Shown here one piece after another: positions 52,191-62,723 of a DNA stretch of 64,000 nt. Made by a program: the position numbers and the translations under genes. The notes under the pieces are model-generated. The model did not search any database and had not been told where the DNA came from. It saw only the letters and a program-made list of their open reading frames with translations. This DNA comes from an uncultured Cytophagales bacterium. GTDB lineage: Bacteria; Bacteroidota; Bacteroidia; Cytophagales; Cyclobacteriaceae. Where the stretch lies: positions 28,676 to 92,675 of the forward strand of contig CAWKCO010000001.1 of the NCBI GenBank assembly GCA_963848175.1, in the 5' to 3' direction. Every line of letters starts with the position of its first letter. Within the stretch, counting starts at the first letter, position 1.

Positions 52191-52237
52191 AAACCACAAG
52201 GCCGTCTCAAACTTATTTTGAGACGGCCTTGTGGTTT
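52191..52237. terminator. Bidirectional terminator-like hairpin, perfect 21-bp stem
   Basis: AAACCACAAGGCCGTCTCAAA-CTTAT-TTTGAGACGGCCTTGTGGTTT between convergent genes. Confidence 0.75.
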
Positions 52238-52245
52238 TGTGAGTT

Positions 52246-55200
52246 TCACTTCTTACCCACCTTCACATGTTGGGAGAATGTGCCTGCCTCGTCGGTGAAG
52301 ACGATAAAGTATACGCCAACGCTATATGGCGTCAGATCCAAGGCTTGATTATAGGTGGCCTTGCGGTAACCTACTTCGTGCTCTTCCAAGAGCACGCCCT
52401 GAGCGTTGATCAGCTGTACTTTCAGGTCATTGAGCCTACGGTAAACCGTATAATCGAAAGATAACAGACCCTCCGTAGGGTTTGGATACAACTTGATGTC
52501 CTTGATGTATGGCTTCAGACTGTAGAGCACTTCGATTTGTTTTACAGTAATTCCGCTTTGTTCTACTACCGCATCTACACTGAAAACTTGGTTTTCCTTA
52601 TCTCCACCAATCACAAACTCTACCGCAGCATCAGGATCCATAGGTACCCCCGGAAACTCAATGTTGAGCAGATATTTGCCTTCGGCTACTCCCGTGAAGT
52701 TGAAATACCCTTCATCATCAGTCTCGATGTAATAAGCAATACCGTCTTCTAGCTCGTCCTCTTCTTGATCGGTACGTCCAGTACTCTTGAACTTACGCAT
52801 AGAGCAGGCTGCCTTACGCACCTTACGTCTGGCCTGCGTTCTACTTTCTTCGTCTTTTTCTGCTATATATTCCTGAAACAAAGTCCCCGAAATCTGTGCA
52901 CCCTTAGTTACTGGTGCTGGAGTATAGCTCAGCAAGTCAATATCTACCTTTTCTTTCATTGCATCAAGCAGTAGTGTATCTGCCTTGTTATAGGTCAGCT
53001 GGCTGGTGTAGTAGGTCTGAAGGGTATTCTTATAAACTTCTTTTTCTCTATCGGGTTTGGCGACTACCACAAATGAGCCTAAGACGATATCTTTTAATTC
53101 ATAGTCTCCTGCGCTATTCGTCTTTGTACTGTCTTCTTTCACAAAGGATCCCTCTGGAGTTTGGCGCCATACAAATACTTCTGCATCGTTCACTACTGAG
53201 TTCATTAAACACTCACAGTGCCATAGAAGTCTGTCTGTGCCATGATGTTGCGGTTGCGACTCTCGATGGTCAGGTTAGGAAGCGCTGGGTTCGTAACTGA
53301 CACACGGTATGTTCCCTGACTATTGATATCAATATTCTCCAAAGTATACATTCTGCTCGTAGCGCCTACAACGGTGTCTACTTCATTATTGAAGGACTGA
53401 CCTGGCTTCAGCTTACCAAATCTCCATTGGTATTGAGAGCCTACTCCCATGTCCTCTATGCTGAGCAGATAGTTGGTGCCCGCATCTAAGGTATCATTTA
53501 CTGTTTGTCCAAAGCGCTTTTGATCGTTATAGACGAACCCTGGTACATCTTTATTTGGAAGCAGGTCTTTGAAGGTGAATCGATTGAGTGTAAGGTTCAA
53601 AGTAATAATACTCTTTACACTGCTCATATTTGGGAAGCTTGTAAGTTCATTGCCTGCCAGATTTATGACTTCAATACCAGTAAGATTTTTGAGCGCTTCA
53701 GGTACAGCACCTCTCAGATTATTTTCTGGTAGCTCTATCTGAGTGACACGTCCCTCAGCCACGGTGACTCCAAACCAAGTCGATAATTCGCTTGTGAGCC
53801 AATTTGATTTATTTATCCAATTAGTTCCACTAGTAGCAGTATAGAGTGCAGCAAGCGCGAGACTGTCACGTTCTAGCAAGGCTTCTCCTGTAAGCAACTC
53901 ATCGCCAGTGATGATCCAATTATAAGTATCTGTTAAAATGTCTCGTCCTTCCTGACCTATGCTAGAATAGGTCATACCATCGGCTTGAAATGTCAAGTCA
54001 GACTGCACTTCCTGAGAGGACCATCCATTGAGCGTAGCATCATAGCTCTCAACAGATAATCCTGAGTTGTCCAACATTCGAGTAAGGTTCAATCCACTGA
54101 CATTGGTCACATTAAAAGAACCCAGGCTTTGATCAAAGGAGGTAGCACCTTCAAACATTCTAAAGAAAACAGCACATGACGAGGTATTCCATGAGTCCAG
54201 AGACTGATTGAATGAGGTGGCATTTTGAAACATAAAACGCATCTCCTCTACATTGCTGACATCCCATGAGCCTATTGGCTGATCAAATTGTGCTGCTCCA
54301 TTGAAGGTGCCGTTCATGAAAATCACTGAAGAAACGTTCCATCCACTGATATCCTGATTGAAGTTTTCCGCACCATTAAACATAGACGAAATGGCTATAG
54401 CGGAGGACATGTCCCATAGAGAAATATCTTGATTAAAGCTGATTGCGGATACAAACATGGCATTAAATTGAGTTACCCCACTAACGTCCCATGAGCCAAT
54501 GGCTCCATTGAAAAGAGTTGCTCCTGAAAACATGAACGTCATATCCGTAACCATGGAAAGATTAGGAGCATCAGTAGCATTATAAGTTAAGTTTGCACAT
54601 CCATCAAATGCTTTTTCCATTGACGTCCAAACGATATCACCCCATTGCTCTATGGTTTGGATTTTATTCTTCTCGCTACCATTATTATGGAAGATTCTCG
54701 GAAAATCTCCGACTTATTTCAACGCGATAGGTTGCTCCGATGGTTAAACCAGTCACTGTTGCATTGCCGCTCTGGTTCGAGAGGCTGAAGGTGTTTGATG
54801 GATCGGATTGGTTCACTACCAATAGATCGTAATCGTAAACTCCACTAGTAGTAGGAATCGTAATTTGACCATCCGAAGTTATCCATGTAGTGATGAAAGG
54901 CCTTCCTTGAAACTCATATGCTCCCATGTCCACAGCTCCATTATAATTTCTCGTATTTCCCAAGATATCCGTGACAGTTGCAGTTACTACACCGGCATCT
55001 ATAGCTGGTGAGTTGACAGACAATCTTAAGCCATCATCTATTGTACCTAAAATATCATCTAGCCCATCTGGATCAATTGCATTTGTAAATAGCGGATCTA
55101 AATCGAGGTTGTTACCACCATCAGTACCAAAGACGGGATTCCAAGAAGTACTTCCACCACTTTCCCCTATTATACTAGAGGAAATCGAAGGCGTACTAAT

Positions 55201-56193
55201 GTTGTTTGAAATATTATTTTCACTTCCTGCTGTATTTCCCGAAATAATACTATTAGATATCGTTATCACAGCAGGAGCGTCAAAAGCGCTAAAGCCATTA
55301 TACATACCGCCTCCTGTACCCTCCGCCGTATTTGAAGAAATCGTACAATTTATAAGTTGGGGAGAGGATTCACTATTATATATTGCACCACCATCGGATG
55401 TTGCACTATTGTTTGCAAAAGAACAATTGGTAAAAGTGGCCGTTGATAGCGTTTGATAATTATACATGCCTCCACCCTCAGTTGCGGTATTCGACAAGAA
55501 AGTACAATTGACGAGAATCGGAGATGATAAAACAAAATTTTCCATACCACCACCACTATTGTCAGTACTGTTAGATATGAAAGAGCAATTTGTAAGAGTA
55601 GGAGAGGATTCTCTATTATACATACCTCCTCCGCCACCTGTAGCAAAATTGTTCTCAAAAATGCAGTTAGTGATTTGTGGGGATGATTTATAATTATACA
55701 TACCACCTCCATTTCTTGCCAGATACGTATTACCACTAAAGATAATTGCGCCCGTTAATAGATTATTGGCATTTCCCTGCCTAAAAGTGAATCCATCTAT
55801 GATAGAGGAGCTTGACAGGTTTGCAGTAATCATTACGTGATAGGAATTATTGGATCCACTTAACCTTGTTAGATTCTTACGCGGGTCACGCTGGCTTAGC
55901 ACTGTTTCTGTCCCATTAAAACCTCCATAAATTTGTTTATTTACAAAACCGATATAAAAAGTCCGTTTCTTGCTATCAGGTTGACCTTCCGGTTCTCTAC
56001 TCGGGGTGTAAGTACCTTTAGCTACCCAGATCTCACTGAAACTAAATTCGTCAAAAGCATCCTGTAGGTCGGTATAAGCGTTTATCCAAGAAGTGCCATT
56101 GTTAAGGCCCGTGGCAGAAGATCTAACATATATGCGTTGCGAAAAACTCGTTTGTGCCAAACTTAAAAAGAATACCAGTATTACGGTCTTCAT
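52246..56193 (-). CDS. T9SS-secreted surface protein (beta-helix GGGMYN repeats, BspA/DUF285 repeats, LRR, Ig-like, type A CTD), broken by three extra bases
   Basis: Three track ORFs join into 1314 aa when one base at 54711 and two near 53200-53210 are removed (YRVEISGDFPRI...IEQWGD). Signal peptide MKTVILVFF; W.VSNV repeats; LYPNP CTD. Confidence 0.8.
52281..53568. repeat. Direct repeat copy 1 (~1.2-1.3 kb), shared C-terminal module
   Basis: Near-identical to 57150-58435; identity decays beyond ~53450. Confidence 0.9.
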
Positions 56194-57029
56194 AAGCAAG
56201 TGCCTTTGATAAGACGAAAATTTCCTAAGTAGGAGTTGGATAGTTTGGTTGAATTTCATAGCTGTCGGTTTTGTTTTTTGAATGTCATTGGTTTCACTCA
56301 AATATTGATCGAGCGAATCAAGACTTTTTTAACCTTGTACATTAGACCAATCAGGGCTGGTAATTTTGAAATGATTATTGCATAGGAATACAAAAAAAAA
56401 CTATTCACGTAATAATCCACTGTGACATAGTTAATGAACGCTATTCCCCCTTTAAAAAACCAGATAATTGTTTTAGGAATTTATAAGACTTTGATTTTCT
56501 CTCGATTATGTAAGTGATCAAAAGTATAGTCCTGTCTAAAGGATAAGCAATTTGTCCAATGCAATATTACGAAATTATGAGTTTAATGGTCTAAAGAATC
56601 TTCTACCAGAAATAATTTATAGCGTCCCATTTAATGATGGCACGAACATTAACAATGAACTTTTCTTATTATCAGGCAACTAAAAAACGCTCTACACAAA
56701 AGATTGCCACACGAGTAACCATAACCTCTATGTAATTTCTTATGCTTTGATGAAAGAACAAAAAAAACATAACCTTAATCCAAAACATAACATAGTGTTT
56801 CAAATAAGATAATACAGCACCGATAAACTTAGCTATATCTCTACGATTGATGTATTGGGAGTTAAAAAAAGCAATTAGTGCCGTATCACGATATCTTCAT
56901 AGGTTATGGCGTTATTTTTTTTAATTTCTTTCGACAGAATCTTAGCAAAATTTGTCTTAAGAACCTGAGTAGTTAAAAAAACATTAGTCACTCAATCTCA
57001 GAAGCGCTGATTAAGGAGAATGTAAGATA

Positions 57030-57062
57030 AAACCCCTATACAGTATTACCGAATGGGGGTTT
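57030..57062 (-). terminator. Candidate terminator after the 57115 gene
   Basis: AAACCCC...GGGGTTT stem flanked by T runs. Confidence 0.45.
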
Positions 57063-57114
57063 GTTTTTACTGGACAATCGCAGCGATTTGCGGTGAGCGC
57101 TGAGTGTGTTGCTT

Positions 57115-60100
57115 CTACTTTCTACTCACTTTAATATGCTGAGCAAAGCTGCCTGCCTCGTCGGTGAAGACGATAAAGTATACGCCAACGCTATATGGCG
57201 TCAGGTCTAAGGCTTGATTATAGGTGGCCTTGCGGTAACCTACTTCGTGCTCTTCCAAGAGCACGCCCTGAGCGTTGATCAGCTGTACTTTCAGGTCATT
57301 GAGCCTACGGTAAACCGTATAATCGAAAGATAACAGACCCTCAGTAGGGTTTGGATACAACTTGATGTCCTTGATGTATGGCTTCAGACTGTAGAGCACT
57401 TCGTTTTGTTTTACAGTAATTCCGCTTTGTTCTACTACCGCATCTACACTGAAAACTTGGTTTTCCTTATCTCCACCAATCACAAACTCTACCGCTGCAT
57501 CAGGATCCATAGGTACCCCCGGAAACTCAATGTTGAGCAGATATTTGCCTTCGGCTACTCCCGTGAAGTTGAAATACCCTTCATCATCAGTCTCGATGTA
57601 ATAAGCAATACCGTCTTCTAGCTCGTCTTCTTCTTGATCGGTACGTCCAGTACTCTTGAACTTACGCATAGAGCAGGCTGCCTTACGCACCTTACGTCTG
57701 GCCTGCGTTCTACTTTCTTCGTCTTTTTCTGCTATATATTCCTGAAACAAAGTCCCCGAAATCTGTGCACCCTTAGTTACTGGTGCTGGAGTATAGCTCA
57801 GCAAGTCAATATCTACCTTTTCTTTCATTGCATCAAGCAGTAGTGTATCTGCCTTATTATAGGTCAGCTGGCTGGTGTAGTAGGTCTGAAGGGTATTCTT
57901 ATAAACTTCTTTTTCTCTATCGGGTTTGGCGACTACCACAAATGAGCCTAAGACGATATCTTTTAATTCATAGTCTCCTGCGCTATTCGTCTTTGTACTG
58001 TCTTCTTTCACAAAGGATCCCTCTGGAGTTTGGCGCCATACAAATACTTCTGCATCGTTCACTACTGATTCATTAAAACTCACAGTGCCAGAGAAGTCTG
58101 TCTGTGCCATGATGTTGCGGTTGCGGCTCTCGATGGTCAGGTTAGGAAGCGCTGGGTTCGTAACTGACACACGGTATGTTCCCTGGCTATTGATATCAAT
58201 ATTCTCCAAAGTATACATTCTGCTCGTAGCGCCTACAACAGTGTCTACTTCATTATTGAAGGACTGACCTGGCTTCAGCTTGCCAAATCTCCATTGATAC
58301 TGAGAGCCTGCTCCCAGATCTTCTATGCTGAGCAAATAGTTAGTGCCTGCGTCTATGGTGTCATACAAGGTCTGGCCAAAGCGTTTTTGCTTGGCGTAGC
58401 TCAGGCCTGATACATCTTTATTTGGAAGCAGGTCTCTGAACACGAGTCTGTTCTCTGACACATCAAGTGCTGTCAGTGGAAGAGAACTTACATCTGGGAA
58501 AGAGCGTAAGTTATTCTTAGATAGGTCTATTGTTTTTACGCTCGCCAAATCTGCTAGTGATACTGGCACATTTCCATCCAGCCCATTAGCTGGTAGTGAG
58601 AGGCCTGTCACTCTATTGTTTGTTACTGTGACTCCAAACCAACTATTACTCACTGTGGCTGTATTCCAACCTGTATTATTGATCCATTGTGAGCCTTTGG
58701 TGGCATTGAATAGCTCTATAAGTGCCAATCTATCACTTTCAAGTGAGGATAATTTCACCTTGATTGGTAGGGTAGTAAGGGTAAGGCCGGGCACTGTGCT
58801 ATTGGTCACTTCTGCGTAGTAGAATCCTTCATCAGAAAGGCCAACAACATCAAGCACAATAGTGGACGTGCTCCCAGCCACAGATGTAACCGTTCCTGCA
58901 TTGTCTTTCTTAAACCATTTGTAGGTATTGGCTGATCCTGTCACTGTTCTATCAAGTGTATAGCTTTCTCCTTGCTCATAGAGTACGGAAACTTTCTTGA
59001 GCACACTGTCCTGTGGCGAATAAGTCAAGCCAGATATCTCGAGATTCGTTTCCAGAGATGAAAAGCCTAGCTGGTTGTTTACTAGGTTTAGGGAGGTCAA
59101 CTTGCTTAGTGCGTTCAAATCCCCAACACTGTTCAAATTGTTTTTACTCAAATCTAAATTTGTCAGCTCTTCTAAACCTGTAGTGATCGTTGGAAATGCG
59201 CCTGTAAGATTGTTTGTAGCAATTTCTACGGCTGTTACTCGCTTATCTACAACCGTCACACCAGCCCAGGCAGCCAAATTTTGACTTTTCCAACCGGAGT
59301 TATTGATCCACATGTCACCGTCTGTCGCATCATATATAGATGTAAGTGCCGCTATGTCATTGTCTTGAAGCTGCTCGTCAAAGAATTTAGCCAAGGTTAC
59401 TTTTCCTGCAGGAACCACATCACCACTTGTAACCAAACCGCTAGCCAAATCTCCAGATCTAGAAACAGCCCCAGATCCAAGATAAGTATTTTCCAATGGA
59501 GCATAAGCGACTACAACATCTGAAAAGACCTCAGCGGCATCTTCATCGATAGCTGGAATTTCCATAACCGCTCCTGAGTAACCACTCTCATTCGTCACTT
59601 CCCAATAGCGCTTGGTGGAGGTTTTAAGGATGCCCTCTCCTGCTAAACCGTTTGGATTTTCTTCTTTCAATTCAATACTAACTTTAGGAGTGCCTGGAAC
59701 ACTTTTCAGCGTGACGGGCGCATAAACTGACGCTGTACCAATCGGAAAAAACAAATCTCCATTTCCCTCTAGGGTTAGTTTACCGATGATGTAATTGGAA
59801 GAAGTTGCATTGGCGATTGAACCAGAGACGGTGAGCGATTGGCTATTCACATCCAACTTACCGTTTGTCAGATCCAAAGTCTCAACATTGAGGCTCGATT
59901 CCAAAGTCTTAATGCCCCCACCCTGTAAGGTTAAGTTGGTAATGGTTTTATCGGTAGCATTCAGGTTTTGATTTGTTCCCATGAGTATGACCGATCCAGC
60001 GCCTGAGTAGGCTCCACTCATGGTTACGTCTCCACTTGATCGAAGCGTTCCAGCATTTACCAAATCCCCAGTTGTATTGAAATCAAAAACAGTAACGATC

Positions 60101-60204
60101 GTATTGGTTGATATGCCAATAGACAGCCCTGTATTAGTGACTTGGGCGTTTGCATAGAAATATCCATGCGCTAAAAGAGCAATAAATACAATGATATTTT
60201 TCAT
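57115..60204 (-). CDS. T9SS-secreted LRR/Ig-like surface protein with type A CTD
   Basis: Signal peptide, two DxxAL..LY.AT.G..W...W.GV + LRR + Ig units, beta-sandwich stalk, LYPNP...GVYFI CTD. Confidence 0.88.
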   Translation of the reverse strand: MKNIIVFIALLAHGYFYANAQVTNTGLSIGISTNTIVTVFDFNTTGDLVNAGTLRSSGDVTMSGAYSGAGSVILMGTNQNLNATDKTITNLTLQGGGIKTLESSLNVETLDLTNGKLDVNSQSLTVSGSIANATSSNYIIGKLTLEGNGDLFFPIGTASVYAPVTLKSVPGTPKVSIELKEENPNGLAGEGILKTSTKRYWEVTNESGYSGAVMEIPAIDEDAAEVFSDVVVAYAPLENTYLGSGAVSRSGDLASGLVTSGDVVPAGKVTLAKFFDEQLQDNDIAALTSIYDATDGDMWINNSGWKSQNLAAWAGVTVVDKRVTAVEIATNNLTGAFPTITTGLEELTNLDLSKNNLNSVGDLNALSKLTSLNLVNNQLGFSSLETNLEISGLTYSPQDSVLKKVSVLYEQGESYTLDRTVTGSANTYKWFKKDNAGTVTSVAGSTSTIVLDVVGLSDEGFYYAEVTNSTVPGLTLTTLPIKVKLSSLESDRLALIELFNATKGSQWINNTGWNTATVSNSWFGVTVTNNRVTGLSLPANGLDGNVPVSLADLASVKTIDLSKNNLRSFPDVSSLPLTALDVSENRLVFRDLLPNKDVSGLSYAKQKRFGQTLYDTIDAGTNYLLSIEDLGAGSQYQWRFGKLKPGQSFNNEVDTVVGATSRMYTLENIDINSQGTYRVSVTNPALPNLTIESRNRNIMAQTDFSGTVSFNESVVNDAEVFVWRQTPEGSFVKEDSTKTNSAGDYELKDIVLGSFVVVAKPDREKEVYKNTLQTYYTSQLTYNKADTLLLDAMKEKVDIDLLSYTPAPVTKGAQISGTLFQEYIAEKDEESRTQARRKVRKAACSMRKFKSTGRTDQEEDELEDGIAYYIETDDEGYFNFTGVAEGKYLLNIEFPGVPMDPDAAVEFVIGGDKENQVFSVDAVVEQSGITVKQNEVLYSLKPYIKDIKLYPNPTEGLLSFDYTVYRRLNDLKVQLINAQGVLLEEHEVGYRKATYNQALDLTPYSVGVYFIVFTDEAGSFAQHIKVSRK
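57150..58435. repeat. Direct repeat copy 2
   Basis: Near-identical to 52281-53568 (offset 4869, then 4867). Confidence 0.9.
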
Positions 60205-60233
60205 AGCGATGTATAACGTTTAGTCAAGTTGAA

Positions 60234-61910
60234 TTACTGCTTTCTATCAGCAGACACAACATGCCACAAGTTTCCAACGGACCTTAAGGTAATTGCAATA
60301 ATGCCTCCAGTTACGTTCTGCATAATTATATCAGCCGCGCTCACATCGCCATTAAAAACGAAACTGTCTGCCGCTTGCAAAGTATGAAGACTTGATCCCC
60401 TTGTCATAAAAATAAGTTCCCTCCCAGCGACACTTATCGCACTTGGCAATGTGACAGTTGTTCCTGAACCAAAGACAGTAATTATGTGGTCACTTGGAGT
60501 CACTGAATAGGTAGCTGAAGTAATTGAGATGGCATTTGAGGACACAGCCCCTCCTGTAGATAAATTACCTGAGACAGTAGAATTTCCAGCAATAGTAACA
60601 TCAGCTCCAAACGAGGAAGTTGGTCCTCCCAAAATAGTAGTACCTCCTATGCTATTTTGAATATTTAATCCAGGGCCAGACCCGTTTTGGATGATAGATA
60701 CGGCGGCTAGTGGGCCTGCTGTTCCCGTATTTTGAAAAGTTGCTATTGAACCTGACCCTTGATTCTGAACTGAAAAAGCTGTGACTGAGCTTGACGAATT
60801 TGCCTGAGTAAAACGGCCTGCCAGACCTTCTCCATTGTTAATTCCTTCTATCGCATTTCCAGTTCCCGCATTTACTGTCCCAAGTAGAGCAGAGCTATTG
60901 TTAATATTATTATTAATTTCAAAACGCCCAGCACCTCCTAACCCATCTGTCTTTACATACAGAGCATTATTTGAATTACTAGAATTATTAACTAAAAATT
61001 CTGCAGATGTACCTAAACCATCATGATTCACTGACAAACCACTCGAATTTGTGTTTTCAGCATTGGTAACAATACTCACCGCATTATCAAAAGTACTTAT
61101 ATTATTAACCACAAAGCGAGCTACTCCTGCCGATCCGATGTTATCAATTAAAAATGGAGTACTTGAACTTTCGTCAATGAAATTTTCAGAAGGAAAACTC
61201 AATCCTCCTAAATTTTTCCACCCTGTTCCATCATGACCATAAAAGGCACCTTGTGAAAATGCCAACGTACCACTATTTATGGATGTGCTGTCCTGAAGCT
61301 CCCCTACCTCTATGCCACCTCTAAATTCTACGTCCATACTTTCCTTTATTTCGACGGAAGTCTTAATATCATTTAGCGCAATTTCACCAGCAAGTCCATC
61401 TGGTACATGTAAGAATTGAAAGGCTCCTTCGTCCATAAAAATCGCTGAAGAAGGGCCATCTTGGTGTTTCATAAAAGTGGTATCTCGAGCATAAAAATTT
61501 GCTCCAATCATTTCCGCATCAAAGGGGCCACCCCCACCTAAAGTTGGATGAAAATAGTGAAATATGTCCAAATTATTTCCTAGTTGAATATACTCTACTG
61601 AAAGGGTATCTACTGCATTATTGTTGGCAACAGGCTGCCATCCTTCAGAAAACCAAAAATAAAACTGTGACTCGTCAGTATCAAATACCATTAGACCATT
61701 TTCCGTACTAGTAAGCTTGGTGGTGAATGAGGTAGCCGTTCTTTCGGCAGTAGTGACTCGCGGAACCAACAATCCTTGGTCTTTTGTAGGGGAAACCAGT
61801 TCAAGAACAGCATTGGGGTTGGGGGTAGTGGTACCTACGCCCATCGAATTTTGGGCTTTTGCACTTACGACTAGCAATAACAAGGTTGCTAAGGAGAGTA
61901 GCTTATTCAT
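60234..61910 (-). CDS. Secreted fibre-like beta-repeat protein
   Basis: Signal peptide; GVGTTTPNPNAVLELVS..QGLLVPRV head; G.G.A..F.. beta repeats; C-terminal YSVT.SD...VTLPSA...GR motif similar to tail-fibre-like proteins. No CTD. Confidence 0.65.
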   Translation of the reverse strand: MNKLLSLATLLLLVVSAKAQNSMGVGTTTPNPNAVLELVSPTKDQGLLVPRVTTAERTATSFTTKLTSTENGLMVFDTDESQFYFWFSEGWQPVANNNAVDTLSVEYIQLGNNLDIFHYFHPTLGGGGPFDAEMIGANFYARDTTFMKHQDGPSSAIFMDEGAFQFLHVPDGLAGEIALNDIKTSVEIKESMDVEFRGGIEVGELQDSTSINSGTLAFSQGAFYGHDGTGWKNLGGLSFPSENFIDESSSTPFLIDNIGSAGVARFVVNNISTFDNAVSIVTNAENTNSSGLSVNHDGLGTSAEFLVNNSSNSNNALYVKTDGLGGAGRFEINNNINNSSALLGTVNAGTGNAIEGINNGEGLAGRFTQANSSSSVTAFSVQNQGSGSIATFQNTGTAGPLAAVSIIQNGSGPGLNIQNSIGGTTILGGPTSSFGADVTIAGNSTVSGNLSTGGAVSSNAISITSATYSVTPSDHIITVFGSGTTVTLPSAISVAGRELIFMTRGSSLHTLQAADSFVFNGDVSAADIIMQNVTGGIIAITLRSVGNLWHVVSADRKQ

Positions 61911-62124
61911 GACAATTTAGTTGGTGATTTACTTCTTTAATAAATAAAAGTAAATCATTTCAAAGTGCTATTCAAGCTATTTATCTGATAACTCATATTT
62001 TAACCTCAAGTCTAAAGCTTTTTTCTACTACTCTAAATCAGGAAAATTCCTTACTCGAGGATGTTTTTTTGGTGCAGAGAGAAGCATCAAAGCTGATTAT
62101 CAGGTTGTGACTGTATCGCTTTAT

Positions 62125-62175
62125 CGTCATTGCGAGATTTGAACTGTAGAAGACAGGGCAAAACGAAGCAATCTC
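62125..62175 (+). repeat. CGTC-type REP-like element, left arm
   Basis: CGTCATTGCGAGA (62125-62137)...CGAAGCAATCTC (62164-62175). Confidence 0.75.
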
Positions 62176-62289
62176 AAAGTAAGATGTACCCACTCAGCCT
62201 AAGCGATACACTGGATGGATGAAGACGATCCTACTCACGGAGGATGTTTGCGTTGCTGAAGTTTGAAATGGTTTCATTATTTTTAGGAA

Positions 62290-62589
62290 ATGGGAAAAGG
62301 AGGCGTAGTGTATATCCTTGCTAATAAAAATAACACTAAGTTATATGTAGGAGTTACTTCCGATTTGGTAGCCCGCATTTACGACCATAAAAATCACCGT
62401 CATCCAAAAAGCTTCTCTGCTCGCTACAATGTCACAAAGCTGGTTTACTATGAGACGTTTCATGCTATAGTAGAGGCCATTGCTCGTGAAAAGCAATTGA
62501 AAGGAGGATCAAGATTGAAAAAGGAAGCCTTGATTAATGGCAGCAACCCTGATTGGAATGACTTATTCGACGAAGTATTGAAGTGGTAG
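62290..62589 (+). CDS. Stand-alone GIY-YIG nuclease
   Basis: VYILAN..NTKLYVGVTSDL..RI..H, KLVYYE, AIAREKQLK, NPDWNDL. Confidence 0.93.
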   Translation: MGKGGVVYILANKNNTKLYVGVTSDLVARIYDHKNHRHPKSFSARYNVTKLVYYETFHAIVEAIAREKQLKGGSRLKKEALINGSNPDWNDLFDEVLKW

Positions 62590-62591
62590 TA

Positions 62592-62694
62592 CGTCATCGG
62601 TAGGGTTGCGAAGCAGTCTCGAACTCGATAGGATACTCGATTACGAGATTGCTTCGGCAGCTTTTTCTCTGGAAAAATCTGTCTCGCAATGACG
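62592..62694. repeat. CGTC-type REP-like doublet downstream of the GIY-YIG gene
   Basis: Degenerate arm CGTCATCGG...CGAAGCAGTCTCG (62592-62621), then the inverted arm GAGATTGCTTCG (62645-62656)...TCTCGCAATGACG (62682-62694). Confidence 0.75.
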
Positions 62695-62723
62695 TCCATG
62701 ACGTTAAAGCAATATATCCTCCC

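Noticed and set aside
52191-52237. MITE or IS end
   Set aside because: Single hairpin between convergent genes, with no second copy or target duplication seen; a terminator is sufficient.
55300-55720. CRISPR-like or tandem DNA repeats
   Set aside because: The periodicity comes from GGGMYN beta-helix protein repeats; there is no repeat-spacer structure and no cas gene.
52281-58435. Diversity-generating retroelement (TR/VR pair)
   Set aside because: The repeat is ~1.2 kb, both copies are coding, differences are mostly silent and not adenine-specific, and no reverse transcriptase is in the window.
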